A stretch of 64,000 nt of DNA from Escherichia coli (lineage in GTDB: Bacteria; Pseudomonadota; Gammaproteobacteria; Enterobacterales; Enterobacteriaceae). The DNA is taken from NCBI RefSeq assembly GCF_016026235.1, contig NZ_CP065613.1, one strand, 5' to 3'. The translations under genes and the position numbers were made by a program. Positions 48,656-59,118 of the stretch are shown here, one piece after another (position 1 is the stretch's first letter; each line of letters opens with the position of its first letter). The notes under the pieces were generated by a model. That model worked only from the letters and a program-made list of their open reading frames with translations, did not search any database and was not told the DNA's origin.

Positions 48656-48768
48656 GGTCAAAGCCGGTATCATTAACCAGAGTCATCGTGACCTGTACTG
48701 CGGCTGGATGATCTCCTGCTACTGCAACTGCTAGGCGACCGCGGCTCCCTTCAGGTAGTCTGTTGTGG

Positions 48769-49607
<839 letters not shown>

Positions 49608-49662
49608 AGGATAACGCGCCCTGAGTTTCCCGATTATCGAAAACTGTTCAGGGAGTCTGACA

Positions 49663-49934
49663 TCAAGAGCGCGGTAGCCTTTTTAATATTTCATTTTCCA
49701 TTTCAATACGTTGTAGCTTTTTCCTGAGCTCACGGATTTCAATTTGTTCCGGGGTAATGGGGGAGGCTTTTGGTGTTTTTCCCTGCCGCTCATCACGTAA
49801 TTGTTTCACCCATCGCGTCATTGTGGAAAGGCCGACATCCATAGCGCTGGCTGCATCTGCCACGGTGTATTTCTGGTCAACGACCAGTTGAGCGGATTCG
49901 CGTTTAAACTCTGCGCTGAAATTTCTTTTTTCAT
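49663..49934 (-). pseudogene. insN: IS911 orfA (insN-like), frame-disrupted
   Basis: Body ...[57 protein letters not shown]... matches IS911 OrfA, but the ATG at 49934 is out of frame and the A6G slippery heptamer reads ttaaaaagg (one A short), ending the frame as ...EILKRLPRS*. Confidence 0.7.
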
Positions 49935-50171
49935 TATGGCACCTGTGTTGTTCTGAGGTGAGCATATCACCTCTGTTCAGGTAGCTAAATTTAGTGTGCC
50001 ACCTCAAGGTTCTTAGTGAGCCGTTTTTAAAAGATATGATAATATATTATTGTTTATAAATTGTTGATGTTTGATTTAGTAGTATATAAAGTTCACCAAC
50101 TTTATTAGGCTTTCCTTTTATCTCTACTTACTGGGTGCCAGAAACTTTAAATTTTAAACGGAGGGGGCATT

Positions 50172-50993
50172 TTGTTTAAAGCAAATCATGTTCCGGTATT
50201 AATGTATCATCATGTCAGCCATTGCCCAGGACTGGTTACACTTTCTCCCGAGACATTCCGGAAACAAATGAAATGGTTGGCTGAAAACAACTGGAAAACA
50301 CTGTCATCAGATGAACTGGAGTTTTTTTATCGGGGCGGAAAACTTCCCCGTAAAAGCGTTATGTTGACATTTGATGATGGATACCTTGACAACTGGTTTC
50401 AGGTATATCCTTTATTAAACGAGTTTAATCTCAAGGCACATATTTTTTTAATTACCAGTTTTATTGGAAATGGTCCGGTTCGTCACTCTCCTGGAAAGGA
50501 ATATTCTCATCGCGATTGCGAACATCAAATAGCAACCGGGAATGCTGATAATGTTATGCTTCGCTGGTCTGAAGTGAACGAAATGTTGCAATCTGGTCTG
50601 GTCGAATTTCATGTTCATACACATACTCATACACGTTGGGATAAAAAGTTCACTTCACGAGAAGAACAGTGTAAACATCTTCGGCAGGACTTATTGAGCG
50701 GGAGAGAATATTTAAAAAAAATGACAGGAAAATGCAGTAAACATTTGTGTTGGCCGGAAGGTTATTATAACAAGGATTATATTCAGATCGCTGAAGAACT
50801 TGGATTCCATTATTTATATACAACAGAAAGAAGAATGAATGCTCCAACTAAAGGAACTACACGGATAGGAAGAATAAGCACCAAGGAACGGGAAAATTGC
50901 GTATGGCTGAAAAGACGACTTTTTTATTATACAACACCGTTTTTTTCATCGTTGCTGGCCCTTCATAAGGGGCCAAGATTACCGGATGACTAA
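50172..50993 (+). CDS. shf: Polysaccharide deacetylase-family protein (Shf-like)
   Basis: 273-aa ORF with NodB-type motif (MLTFDDGYLDNW); first gene of a four-gene cluster whose order deacetylase - glycosyltransferase - VirK-like - LpxM-like equals the shf-rfbU(capU)-virK-msbB2 operon of Shigella/EAEC/EHEC plasmids; TTG start preceded by gagggggc. Confidence 0.65.
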   Translation: MFKANHVPVLMYHHVSHCPGLVTLSPETFRKQMKWLAENNWKTLSSDELEFFYRGGKLPRKSVMLTFDDGYLDNWFQVYPLLNEFNLKAHIFLITSFIGNGPVRHSPGKEYSHRDCEHQIATGNADNVMLRWSEVNEMLQSGLVEFHVHTHTHTRWDKKFTSREEQCKHLRQDLLSGREYLKKMTGKCSKHLCWPEGYYNKDYIQIAEELGFHYLYTTERRMNAPTKGTTRIGRISTKERENCVWLKRRLFYYTTPFFSSLLALHKGPRLPDD

Positions 50994-50995
50994 TA

Positions 50996-52084
50996 ATGAA
51001 TATACTATTTACGGAATCATCACCGAATATAGGTGGTCAGGAATTACAGGCTGTTGCTCAAATGAAGGCCCTGAAGAAAATGGGGCATTCAGTTCTGCTT
51101 GTCTGCAGGGAGAACAGCAAAATTGCTTTTGAAGCCAGTAAGTTTGGAATTGATATCACATTCGCGTTATTTCGAAACAGTCTTCACATCCCTACTGCAT
51201 GGAGATTACTCGGAATAGTTCATGGTTTTCAGCCCAATGCAATCGTTTGTCACAGTGGGCATGATAGCAATATTGTTGGTTTAGTACGGTTATTCACTTG
51301 GAAACATCCATTCAGAATTATCAGGCAAAAGACATATTTGACACGAAAAACAAAAGTTTTTTCAATAAATCATTTTTGCGATGAGGTGATTGTTCTCGGA
51401 ACAAGTATGAAGACACATCTGGAGCAGGAAGGATGTCGAACCCGGGTTACTGTTGTGCCTCCAGGCTTTGATTTCCAGAAATTATACGTTGATTCCCGAA
51501 ACAGTTTGCCTCCAAATGTTCTTTCTTGGCTGGCGTCCCGAAGGGGATGCCCCGTTATTGCTCAGGTAGGAATGTTGCGCCCGGAAAAAGGGCACGAATT
51601 TATGTTGAATTTACTGTTCCATTTAAAAATGAATGGACGACAGTTCTGTTGGTTGATTGTGGGGTCTGGTTCGCCTGAACTGCGGGAGCATTTACAGTAT
51701 CAGATTGACAGTATGGGCATGCATGATGATGTTTTTATTGCTGACAATGTTTTTCCTGCCGCCCCCGTATATCGGGTTGCCAGTCTGGTGGTTCTGCCTT
51801 CAGAAAACGAATCGTTTGGTATGGTACTGGCAGAAGCATCGGCATTTTCTGTGCCTGTACTGGCCAGTCAGATTGGTGGAATCCCTGATGTTATTCAGAA
51901 CAACCAGACCGGGACATTGTTACCAGCAGGTAATAAGCACGCATGGATGTGCGCCCTGAATGATTTTTTTAATGACCCTGGGCGTTTTTATCAGATGGCT
52001 CGCCTGGCAAAACAGGATATAGAAGAGCGGTTTGATATTAATAAAACTGCGTTAAAAATACTCACATTAGCGAAGCAAAAGTAA
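50996..52084 (+). CDS. capU: Family-1 (GT4-type) glycosyltransferase (CapU/RfbU-like)
   Basis: 362-aa ORF with retaining-GT C-terminal features (ESFGMVLAEA..., ...GGIPDVI...); second gene of the cluster. Confidence 0.65.
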   Translation: MNILFTESSPNIGGQELQAVAQMKALKKMGHSVLLVCRENSKIAFEASKFGIDITFALFRNSLHIPTAWRLLGIVHGFQPNAIVCHSGHDSNIVGLVRLFTWKHPFRIIRQKTYLTRKTKVFSINHFCDEVIVLGTSMKTHLEQEGCRTRVTVVPPGFDFQKLYVDSRNSLPPNVLSWLASRRGCPVIAQVGMLRPEKGHEFMLNLLFHLKMNGRQFCWLIVGSGSPELREHLQYQIDSMGMHDDVFIADNVFPAAPVYRVASLVVLPSENESFGMVLAEASAFSVPVLASQIGGIPDVIQNNQTGTLLPAGNKHAWMCALNDFFNDPGRFYQMARLAKQDIEERFDINKTALKILTLAKQK

Positions 52085-52088
52085 CAAT

Positions 52089-53039
52089 ATGTTTTCTATA
52101 AGTAACTTATCATTTATCGGTTTCCTTAAAAGGATTATTTTTTCCTCAGATTCACTACCGGGGAAGTGGGAACACAGAAAATTTCGGTTCATGTACATTT
52201 TGCGATGTTCTATAAATCCGGTTGTCAGTATTCGATATTATTATGAACTGCGTTCCTTGCCGTGCATTGAGGATATTCTGGCAATACACCCCACGTTGCC
52301 AGCAAGAATTCATCGCCCTTATTTGCATAAAGGGGGGCGCGCCTGGACCCGTGGACAATATATTCTTGAGCATTATCGCTTTGTGCAAAATTTGCCAGAA
52401 AAATATTCTAAATTTTTGTTTCCACAAAAATCGGTATCATTAGTCCAATTCATCGGGAAAGATGGAGAGAATTTTGATATCCAGTGTTCTCCCAGTGGTT
52501 TTGACCGGGAAGGAGAGTTGATGTTGTCATTGTTTTACAATAAAACAGTTATTGCCCGGTTAACATTTTCAGTCATTCTGACTCAAAATGGACACATTGC
52601 TTTTATTGGCGGATTACAGGGAGCCCCTAAAAATACCGGACCTGATGTTATTCGGTGCGCAACCCGGGCCTGTTATGGGATTTTCCCAAAACGGATTATT
52701 TTTGAAGCATTTTGTGCGTTGATGAAAGCTTGCAATATCTCTGAGTGTCTGGCAGTCAGTGAGCACAGTCATGTTTTCCGGCAATTGAGATACTGGTATC
52801 AGAAACGCAAAACCTTTGTTGCGGTCTATAGTGATTTCTGGGAGTCTGTAGCAGGAAAAACCTGTGGTGACTGGTACAGATTACCAACCCAGGTGATTCG
52901 AAAGCCGCTAAGCGATATAGCCAGTAAAAAACGCTCTGAGTACCGAAAACGATACGCTTTGCTGGATTATATCCATGAAACTACTATCCGCTCTTTGGAT
53001 GCATATCCTGTACACTCAGAACATCAGAATTTAAATTAA
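52089..53039 (+). CDS. virK: VirK-like protein (DUF535 family)
   Basis: 316-aa ORF; assignment rests mainly on its position between the glycosyltransferase and the lipid A acyltransferase. Confidence 0.55.
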   Translation: MFSISNLSFIGFLKRIIFSSDSLPGKWEHRKFRFMYILRCSINPVVSIRYYYELRSLPCIEDILAIHPTLPARIHRPYLHKGGRAWTRGQYILEHYRFVQNLPEKYSKFLFPQKSVSLVQFIGKDGENFDIQCSPSGFDREGELMLSLFYNKTVIARLTFSVILTQNGHIAFIGGLQGAPKNTGPDVIRCATRACYGIFPKRIIFEAFCALMKACNISECLAVSEHSHVFRQLRYWYQKRKTFVAVYSDFWESVAGKTCGDWYRLPTQVIRKPLSDIASKKRSEYRKRYALLDYIHETTIRSLDAYPVHSEHQNLN

Positions 53040-53103
53040 GGTTTGATGTATCCTCTGAATAAAACAGTAATGATAATTTTGGTAGAGGCATTCGCACTAA
53101 ATA

Positions 53104-54048
53104 ATGAAAAAATATAAATCTGAGTTTATTCCTGAATTTAAGAAAAATTACCTTTCCCCTGTTTACTGGTCTACATGGTTCCTTTTGGGAATGATTGCAG
53201 GTATTTCAATGTTTCCCCCTTCATTCAGAGATCCTGTCTTGGCAAAAATAGGGCGTTGGGCGGGCAGATTGAGCAAAAAAGCTCGTCGCAGGGCGACGAT
53301 TAATTTATCGCTTTGTTTCCCGGAAAAGAGTGATACAGAACGGGAAATAATTGTCGACAAAATGTTTGCCACAGCATTGCAATCCATAGTGATGATGGCA
53401 GAACTGGCAATTCGTGGTCCGGAAAAGTTCCAGAAACGAGTGTTCTGGAAAGGCCTCGAAATTCTTGAGGAAATTCGACACAATAATAGAAATGTGATTT
53501 TTCTGGTTCCCCATGGCTGGAGCGTGGATATTCCTGCAATGTTGCTGGCAGCTCAGGGAAAAAAAATGGCCGCCATGTTTCATCAGCAACGAAATCCAGT
53601 GATTGATTATGTCTGGAATTCAGTACGGCGTAAATTCGGGGGGCGCTTACATGCCCGGGAGGATGGGATAAAACCATTTATTCAGTCAGTACGCCAGGGA
53701 TACTGGGGATATTACCTCCCAGATCAGGATCATGGTCCTGAATACAGTGAATTTGCTGATTTTTTTGCGACCTATAAAGCGACATTACCAATCATTGGAC
53801 GTCTGATGAACATCAGTCAGGCTATGATTATACCACTTTTCCCGGTTTATGATGAAAAAAAACATCTCCTGACTATTGAAATTCGGCCACCAATGGATGC
53901 TTGCATTGCCAGCGCGGACAATAAAATGATTGCCCGACAAATGAACAAAACAGTGGAAATTTTGGTGGGGCCACATCCGGAACAGTATGTCTGGGTTTTA
54001 AAATTGTTAAAAACACGCAAATCAAACGAAGCGGACCCGTACCCTTGA
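53104..54048 (+). CDS. msbB2: Lipid A late (secondary) acyltransferase, LpxM/MsbB paralogue (MsbB2-like)
   Basis: 314-aa ORF with long collinear similarity to E. coli LpxM as I recall it (EFIPEF..., RRRATINLSLCFPEKSDTEREIIVDKMFATA, MMAELAIRGPEKFQ, VIFLVPHGWSVDIPAMLLAAQGKKMAAMFH, FGGRLHAREDGIKPFIQSVRQGYWGYYLPDQDHGPEYSEFADFFATYKATLP). Confidence 0.8.
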   Translation: MKKYKSEFIPEFKKNYLSPVYWSTWFLLGMIAGISMFPPSFRDPVLAKIGRWAGRLSKKARRRATINLSLCFPEKSDTEREIIVDKMFATALQSIVMMAELAIRGPEKFQKRVFWKGLEILEEIRHNNRNVIFLVPHGWSVDIPAMLLAAQGKKMAAMFHQQRNPVIDYVWNSVRRKFGGRLHAREDGIKPFIQSVRQGYWGYYLPDQDHGPEYSEFADFFATYKATLPIIGRLMNISQAMIIPLFPVYDEKKHLLTIEIRPPMDACIASADNKMIARQMNKTVEILVGPHPEQYVWVLKLLKTRKSNEADPYP

Positions 54049-54228
54049 AATTATAAAGTACAAGTATTTCCACTAGTTGTTTGTAAGCGTACAGCCTGAA
54101 CCGTCTGGTCAGAATCTGACGAATTAGACAAAGTGGTGTCCACCAAATAAGTAGTGGGAACCAATGAGGTAGCCTGAGTTTAACGGACACTCCTTCCTGA
54201 AATAGAATGGCATCAGAAGGAGCTAATA

Positions 54229-54528
54229 ATGAGCAGAAAAACCCAACGTTACTCTAAAGAGTTCAAAGCCGAAGCTGTCAGAACGGTTCTTGAAAATCAA
54301 CTTTCGATCAGTGAAGGCGCTTCCCGATTATCTCTTCCTGAAGGCACTTTAGGACAATGGGTTACCGCCGCCAGAAAAGGGCTCGGTACTCCTGGTTCCC
54401 GCACGGTGGCTGAACTGGAATCTGAAATTCTGCAACTGCGTAAGGCGTTAAATGAAGCTCGCCTTGAGCGAGATATATTAAAAAAAGCAACGTATTTTGC
54501 ACAGGAGTCGCTGAAAAATACGCGTTAA
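54229..54528 (+). CDS. IS600 OrfA
   Basis: 99-aa HTH protein. Confidence 0.8.
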   Translation: MSRKTQRYSKEFKAEAVRTVLENQLSISEGASRLSLPEGTLGQWVTAARKGLGTPGSRTVAELESEILQLRKALNEARLERDILKKATYFAQESLKNTR

Positions 54529-54563
54529 TCGAACAATGGCGACAACAATTTCCCATTGAAGCG

Positions 54564-55382
54564 ATGTGTCAGGTATTTGGTGTATCCAGGAGCGGTTATT
54601 ACAACTGGGTACAGCATGAACCCTCAGACAGAAAACAAAGTGATGAGCGGCTAAAACTGGAGATTAAGGTGGCACATATCCGCACTCGCGAAACATATGG
54701 AACCCGGCGGCTCCAGACGGAGCTGGCAGAGAATGGCATCATCGTTGGTCGTGACCGACTGGCACGTCTTCGTAAGGAGCTAAGGCTACGCTGTAAGCAG
54801 AAACGCAAGTTCAGAGCGACTACGAACTCGAACCACAATCTGCCAGTTGCGCCAAATCTGCTGAACCAGACGTTCGCTCCTACAGCACCAAATCAGGTCT
54901 GGGTGGCGGACCTGACGTATGTTGCCACACAGGAGGGATGGTTGTACCTCGCTGGCATCAAAGATGTTTATACGTGCGAAATTGTCGGCTACGCCATGGG
55001 AGAGCGCATGACAAAAGAGCTGACAGGTAAAGCCCTGTTTATGGCGCTCAGGAGCCAGCGCCCACCTGCCGGGCTAATCCACCACTCTGATCGAGGTTCA
55101 CAGTACTGCGCATACGATTACCGGGTCATACAGGAGCAGTTTGGTCTGAAAACATCAATGTCGCGTAAAGGTAACTGTTACGACAACGCTCCGATGGAAA
55201 GCTTCTGGGGAACGCTGAAAAATGAGAGCCTGAGCCACTATCGTTTTAATAACCGGGATGAAGCCATCTCAGTAATACGGGAATACATTGAGATTTTCTA
55301 CAATCGTCAGCGTCGTCACTCTCGTCTGGGGAATATCTCCCCGGCAGCCTTCAGGGAAAAATATCATCAGATGGCTGCTTAA
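54564..55382 (+). CDS. IS600 OrfB (DDE integrase core; normally made as OrfAB fusion)
   Basis: 272-aa ORF with DDE motif. Confidence 0.8.
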   Translation: MCQVFGVSRSGYYNWVQHEPSDRKQSDERLKLEIKVAHIRTRETYGTRRLQTELAENGIIVGRDRLARLRKELRLRCKQKRKFRATTNSNHNLPVAPNLLNQTFAPTAPNQVWVADLTYVATQEGWLYLAGIKDVYTCEIVGYAMGERMTKELTGKALFMALRSQRPPAGLIHHSDRGSQYCAYDYRVIQEQFGLKTSMSRKGNCYDNAPMESFWGTLKNESLSHYRFNNRDEAISVIREYIEIFYNRQRRHSRLGNISPAAFREKYHQMAA

Positions 55383-55529
55383 AAAAAGAACAACTGGTAG
55401 TGTCCGCTATTGCCAGTACACCTCAACATTCCACCATGCATTCCGATTAACGCCGCATAGCCAGTTGAACTTTGCTACTTTGTGAGAGGTAGTACCTTCT
55501 ATCCAGTGCGAATTTAATTAATGGAATAA

Positions 55530-57533
55530 ATGATTATGAGTGAAAATGATACAATCCCAAAGAAGTCTACAAGTCAGATTAACAAAGCGGTATTCTTTAC
55601 ATCTGCTTTGCTAATTTTCCTTCTTGTCGCCTTTGCCGCCGTATTCCCGGATGTCGCCGACAAAAATTTTAAACTACTTCAGCAACAAATCTTCACGAAT
55701 GCCAGCTGGTTCTACATCCTTGCTGTGGCCCTGATTTTACTGAGTGTCACGTTCCTTGGACTCTCACGCTACGGTGATATCAAGCTGGGCCCGGACCATG
55801 CGCAGCCTGATTTCAGCTACCACTCCTGGTTTGCGATGCTTTTTTCGGCAGGGATGGGGATCGGCCTGATGTTCTTTGGCGTTGCCGAACCTGTAATGCA
55901 TTATCTTTCGCCACCCGTAGGCACTCCAGAAACCGTTGCGGCAGCTAAGGAAGCAATGCGTCTGACCTTTTTCCACTGGGGACTGCACGCATGGGCAATT
56001 TATGCCATTGTGGCGCTGATTCTGGCGTTCTTCAGTTACCGTCACGGTCTGCCTTTAACTCTGCGCTCCGCACTCTATCCCATTATTGGCGATCGCATAT
56101 ACGGACCTGTAGGACATGCGGTTGATATTTTCGCTGTTATAGGCACGGTCTTTGGCGTTGCGACATCACTGGGTTACGGTGTTTTGCAGGTGAATGCCGG
56201 TTTGAACCATCTTTTCGGGGTGCCCATCAATGAAACGGTGCAGGTAATTCTGATCGTGGTCATCACGGGGTTAGCGACGATTTCAGTGGTGTCCGGTCTG
56301 GATAAGGGAATACGTATCCTGTCTGAACTCAATCTGGGTCTGGCTTTGTTGCTCCTGGCGCTGGTCCTGTGTCTGGGACCAACCGTGCTTCTGCTGAAGT
56401 CATTTGTGGAAAATACGGGCGGTTATCTTTCGGAACTGGTGAGTAAAACGTTCAACCTTTACGCGTATGAGCCCAAGTCGAGCAACTGGCTGGGGGGCTG
56501 GACATTACTGTACTGGGGATGGTGGCTTTCATGGTCGCCGTTTGTGGGGATGTTCATCGCACGGGTCTCCCGCGGGCGAACCATTCGCGAGTTTGTCACC
56601 GGCGTGCTGTTTGTTCCCGCGGGTTTTACGCTAATGTGGATGACGGTGTTTGGTAACAGCGCGATCTATCTCATTATGAACCAGGGGGCCACAGACCTCG
56701 CCAATACTGTTCAGCAGGATGTGGCGCTGGCCCTGTTTAATTTCCTGGAGCATTTCCCGTTCTCTTCTGTGCTGTCATTCATTGCAATGGCGATGGTCAT
56801 CGTCTTCTTTGTAACGTCTGCTGATTCGGGGGCAATGGTTGTGGATACTCTGGCATCAGGTGGAGTGGCAAACACACCCGTCTGGCAGCGAATATTCTGG
56901 GCCTCGCTCATGGGCATTGTTGCAATTGCGCTTCTCCTTGCCGGAGGGCTAAGTGCGCTGCAAACGGTGACAATAGCGAGTGCATTGCCCTTCTCAGTGA
57001 TCTTACTAATATCTATATACGGACTTTTAAAAGCTTTGCGCCGGGATTTGACCAAGCGTGAAAGCCTGAGCATGGCGACAATTGCTCCTACGGCTGCACG
57101 TAACCCAATTCCTTGGCAGAGAAGGTTACGCAATATCGCGTATCTGCCGAAGCGATCTCTTGTGAAACGTTTTATGGACGACGTTATCCAGCCCGCCATG
57201 ACGCTGGTTCAGGAGGAACTGAACAAGCAGGGGACGATAAGCCACATTAGTGATGCAGTCGACGATCGTATTCGTCTTGAAGTCGATTTGGGCAACGAGC
57301 TGAATTTTATATATGAAGTGAGGCTTCGCGGGTATATCTCACCGACCTTCGCGCTCGCCGCAATGGATAATGATGAGCAGCAGACTGAACAACATCGATA
57401 TTATCGCGCTGAGGTTTATCTCAAAGAAGGCGGTCAAAATTATGATGTGATGGGCTGGAACCAGGAACAGCTGATTAATGACATACTGGACCAGTACGAA
57501 AAACACCTGCACTTCCTGCACCTGGTTCGTTAA
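55530..57533 (+). CDS. BCCT-family transporter, BetT-like (choline / quaternary-amine uptake)
   Basis: 667-aa ORF collinear with E. coli BetT as I recall it (GPxxxxPEFSxxSW, AAGIGIxLMFFxVAEP, ARISRGRTIR, SADSGA..., long cytoplasmic C-terminal tail ending ...DILDQYEKHLHFLHLVR vs BetT ...DILDQYERHLNFIHL); start may be ATG 55536. Confidence 0.8.
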   Translation: MIMSENDTIPKKSTSQINKAVFFTSALLIFLLVAFAAVFPDVADKNFKLLQQQIFTNASWFYILAVALILLSVTFLGLSRYGDIKLGPDHAQPDFSYHSWFAMLFSAGMGIGLMFFGVAEPVMHYLSPPVGTPETVAAAKEAMRLTFFHWGLHAWAIYAIVALILAFFSYRHGLPLTLRSALYPIIGDRIYGPVGHAVDIFAVIGTVFGVATSLGYGVLQVNAGLNHLFGVPINETVQVILIVVITGLATISVVSGLDKGIRILSELNLGLALLLLALVLCLGPTVLLLKSFVENTGGYLSELVSKTFNLYAYEPKSSNWLGGWTLLYWGWWLSWSPFVGMFIARVSRGRTIREFVTGVLFVPAGFTLMWMTVFGNSAIYLIMNQGATDLANTVQQDVALALFNFLEHFPFSSVLSFIAMAMVIVFFVTSADSGAMVVDTLASGGVANTPVWQRIFWASLMGIVAIALLLAGGLSALQTVTIASALPFSVILLISIYGLLKALRRDLTKRESLSMATIAPTAARNPIPWQRRLRNIAYLPKRSLVKRFMDDVIQPAMTLVQEELNKQGTISHISDAVDDRIRLEVDLGNELNFIYEVRLRGYISPTFALAAMDNDEQQTEQHRYYRAEVYLKEGGQNYDVMGWNQEQLINDILDQYEKHLHFLHLVR

Positions 57534-57580
57534 TAGCAACATGCCGTCCTGGGGGCGGCAATTATTATCCCGGCCGCAAT

Positions 57581-58873
57581 ATGAGGGAATGCAGAATGAT
57601 TTCACGCTGGAAATGGATGCTGAAGCAGACAATTAAAAAACTATGGTTCAGGGCAACGTTATTCGCAATTGTCGCGATAATAACGGCCCTTTTATCAATT
57701 CTTTTTAAATCAATGATACCTGAGTCGGTTTCCGTGAAGGTTGGTGCGGAAGCAGTCGATAACATTCTGAACATACTGGCATCGAGTATGCTGGCAGTGA
57801 CCACATTTTCGCTGAGTATCATGGTCACAGCCTACGGTTCAGCCACTACTAATGTGACTCCCAGAGCTACGCGTTTAGTTGTTGAAGACGTCACCACACA
57901 AAATGTACTGGCCACCTTCATCGGTTCTTTTCTCTTCAGTCTGGTAGGGATTATTGCCCTCAATATGGGAGCTTATGGAGAAAGGGGGAGAGTCATTTTA
58001 TTCATTGTCACACTGGTTGTCATTGCCTTAATCCTCATCACATTGCTTCGCTGGATACAGCATTTGACCTCTCTGGGGAGGGTTGGTGAGACAACGGCAC
58101 AAGTAGAACAGGCGGCCATCGAAACATTTATTGCGAGAGCAAGAAATCCCTGTCTCGGCGGATATCCATGGCTTGAGAACAATGAACAGCCGAAAGGAAC
58201 GGTTGCAGTTTATCCGAAGAAGATTGGCTATGTTGAATATATTGATATGGTGAAACTTAGCAAGCTGCTGACCAATGATCCCCGTCATGTATACCTCGTG
58301 GCGCAGCCAGGCAGTTTCATACATCCGTCCATGCCAGTTTTGTACCTGAGTCAGGGCCAGGAGTCGTCAATCAACACCGATTTACTTGAGACGATTATTG
58401 TCTCGGATGCACGTTCATTTGCTCAGGATCCTCGATTTTGTCTTAGCGTCATGGCCGAAATAGCCTGCCGGGCCCTTTCCCCTGCAGTGAACGATCCTGG
58501 AACCGCCATTGATGTCATTGGCAGAGGTGTTCGTATACTTTCCACTTACGCGCAGAATAAATCTGATGAAATAGAAGTGAAATATCCTTCAGTACATGTT
58601 GCACCACTTCAGAATAACGATCTACTGGAAGACTTTTTCTCACCTGTCGCGCGCGATGGTGCCAGTATGAGGGAGATTCAGATAAGAGTCCTTAAAGGAC
58701 TGTCGATGCTGAGTAAAGGTTGGCCTGAGATATTTGCTGAAGCCGCACATATCCTGGCATTTGAAACATTAGAGCATGCAACTCGTGCTGACCATATAGA
58801 TTCTGATAGATATCTAATAAAATCAACTTATTATAATTTATTTAGTGGCGAATATTCTAATAAAAAAACATAG
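57581..58873 (+). CDS. DUF2254-family membrane protein
   Basis: 430-aa ORF with N-terminal TM segments and a large soluble C-terminal domain; family call from memory, moderate. Confidence 0.5.
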   Translation: MRECRMISRWKWMLKQTIKKLWFRATLFAIVAIITALLSILFKSMIPESVSVKVGAEAVDNILNILASSMLAVTTFSLSIMVTAYGSATTNVTPRATRLVVEDVTTQNVLATFIGSFLFSLVGIIALNMGAYGERGRVILFIVTLVVIALILITLLRWIQHLTSLGRVGETTAQVEQAAIETFIARARNPCLGGYPWLENNEQPKGTVAVYPKKIGYVEYIDMVKLSKLLTNDPRHVYLVAQPGSFIHPSMPVLYLSQGQESSINTDLLETIIVSDARSFAQDPRFCLSVMAEIACRALSPAVNDPGTAIDVIGRGVRILSTYAQNKSDEIEVKYPSVHVAPLQNNDLLEDFFSPVARDGASMREIQIRVLKGLSMLSKGWPEIFAEAAHILAFETLEHATRADHIDSDRYLIKSTYYNLFSGEYSNKKT

Positions 58874-59118
58874 CTGCAGAGCAAGCAATTCGGTTGTTGG
58901 CAAGTCAAGGGCAAAGCATTCGCGTGAGAATGGGCGTATGCTTTGTGCCAAAAGCAAACGTTGCTAATTCTGCACTGTTCAGCGATGGCGCAGTAGCGAC
59001 AGGCACTGCCACTGTCCAGTCGGCAAAAGCGAACACTTTGCCACTGCGGGGATAAACTGATTGAAGCTCTCGCGCAAAATCACTTATTCTTTTGACAATA
59101 AAATGTAGGAGATGGGTC

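Larger units (their letters stand above)
54165..55425 (+). mobile_element. IS600 (IS3 family)
   Basis: Ends tgaggtagcctgagtttaacggac... and ...tattgccagtacacctca; orfA (54229..54528, MSRKTQRYSKEFKAEAVRTVLENQLSISEGASRL...) and orfB (54564..55382, ...NQVWVADLTYVATQEGWLYLAGIKDVYTCEIVGYAMGERM...) in the usual -1 arrangement. Confidence 0.8.
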
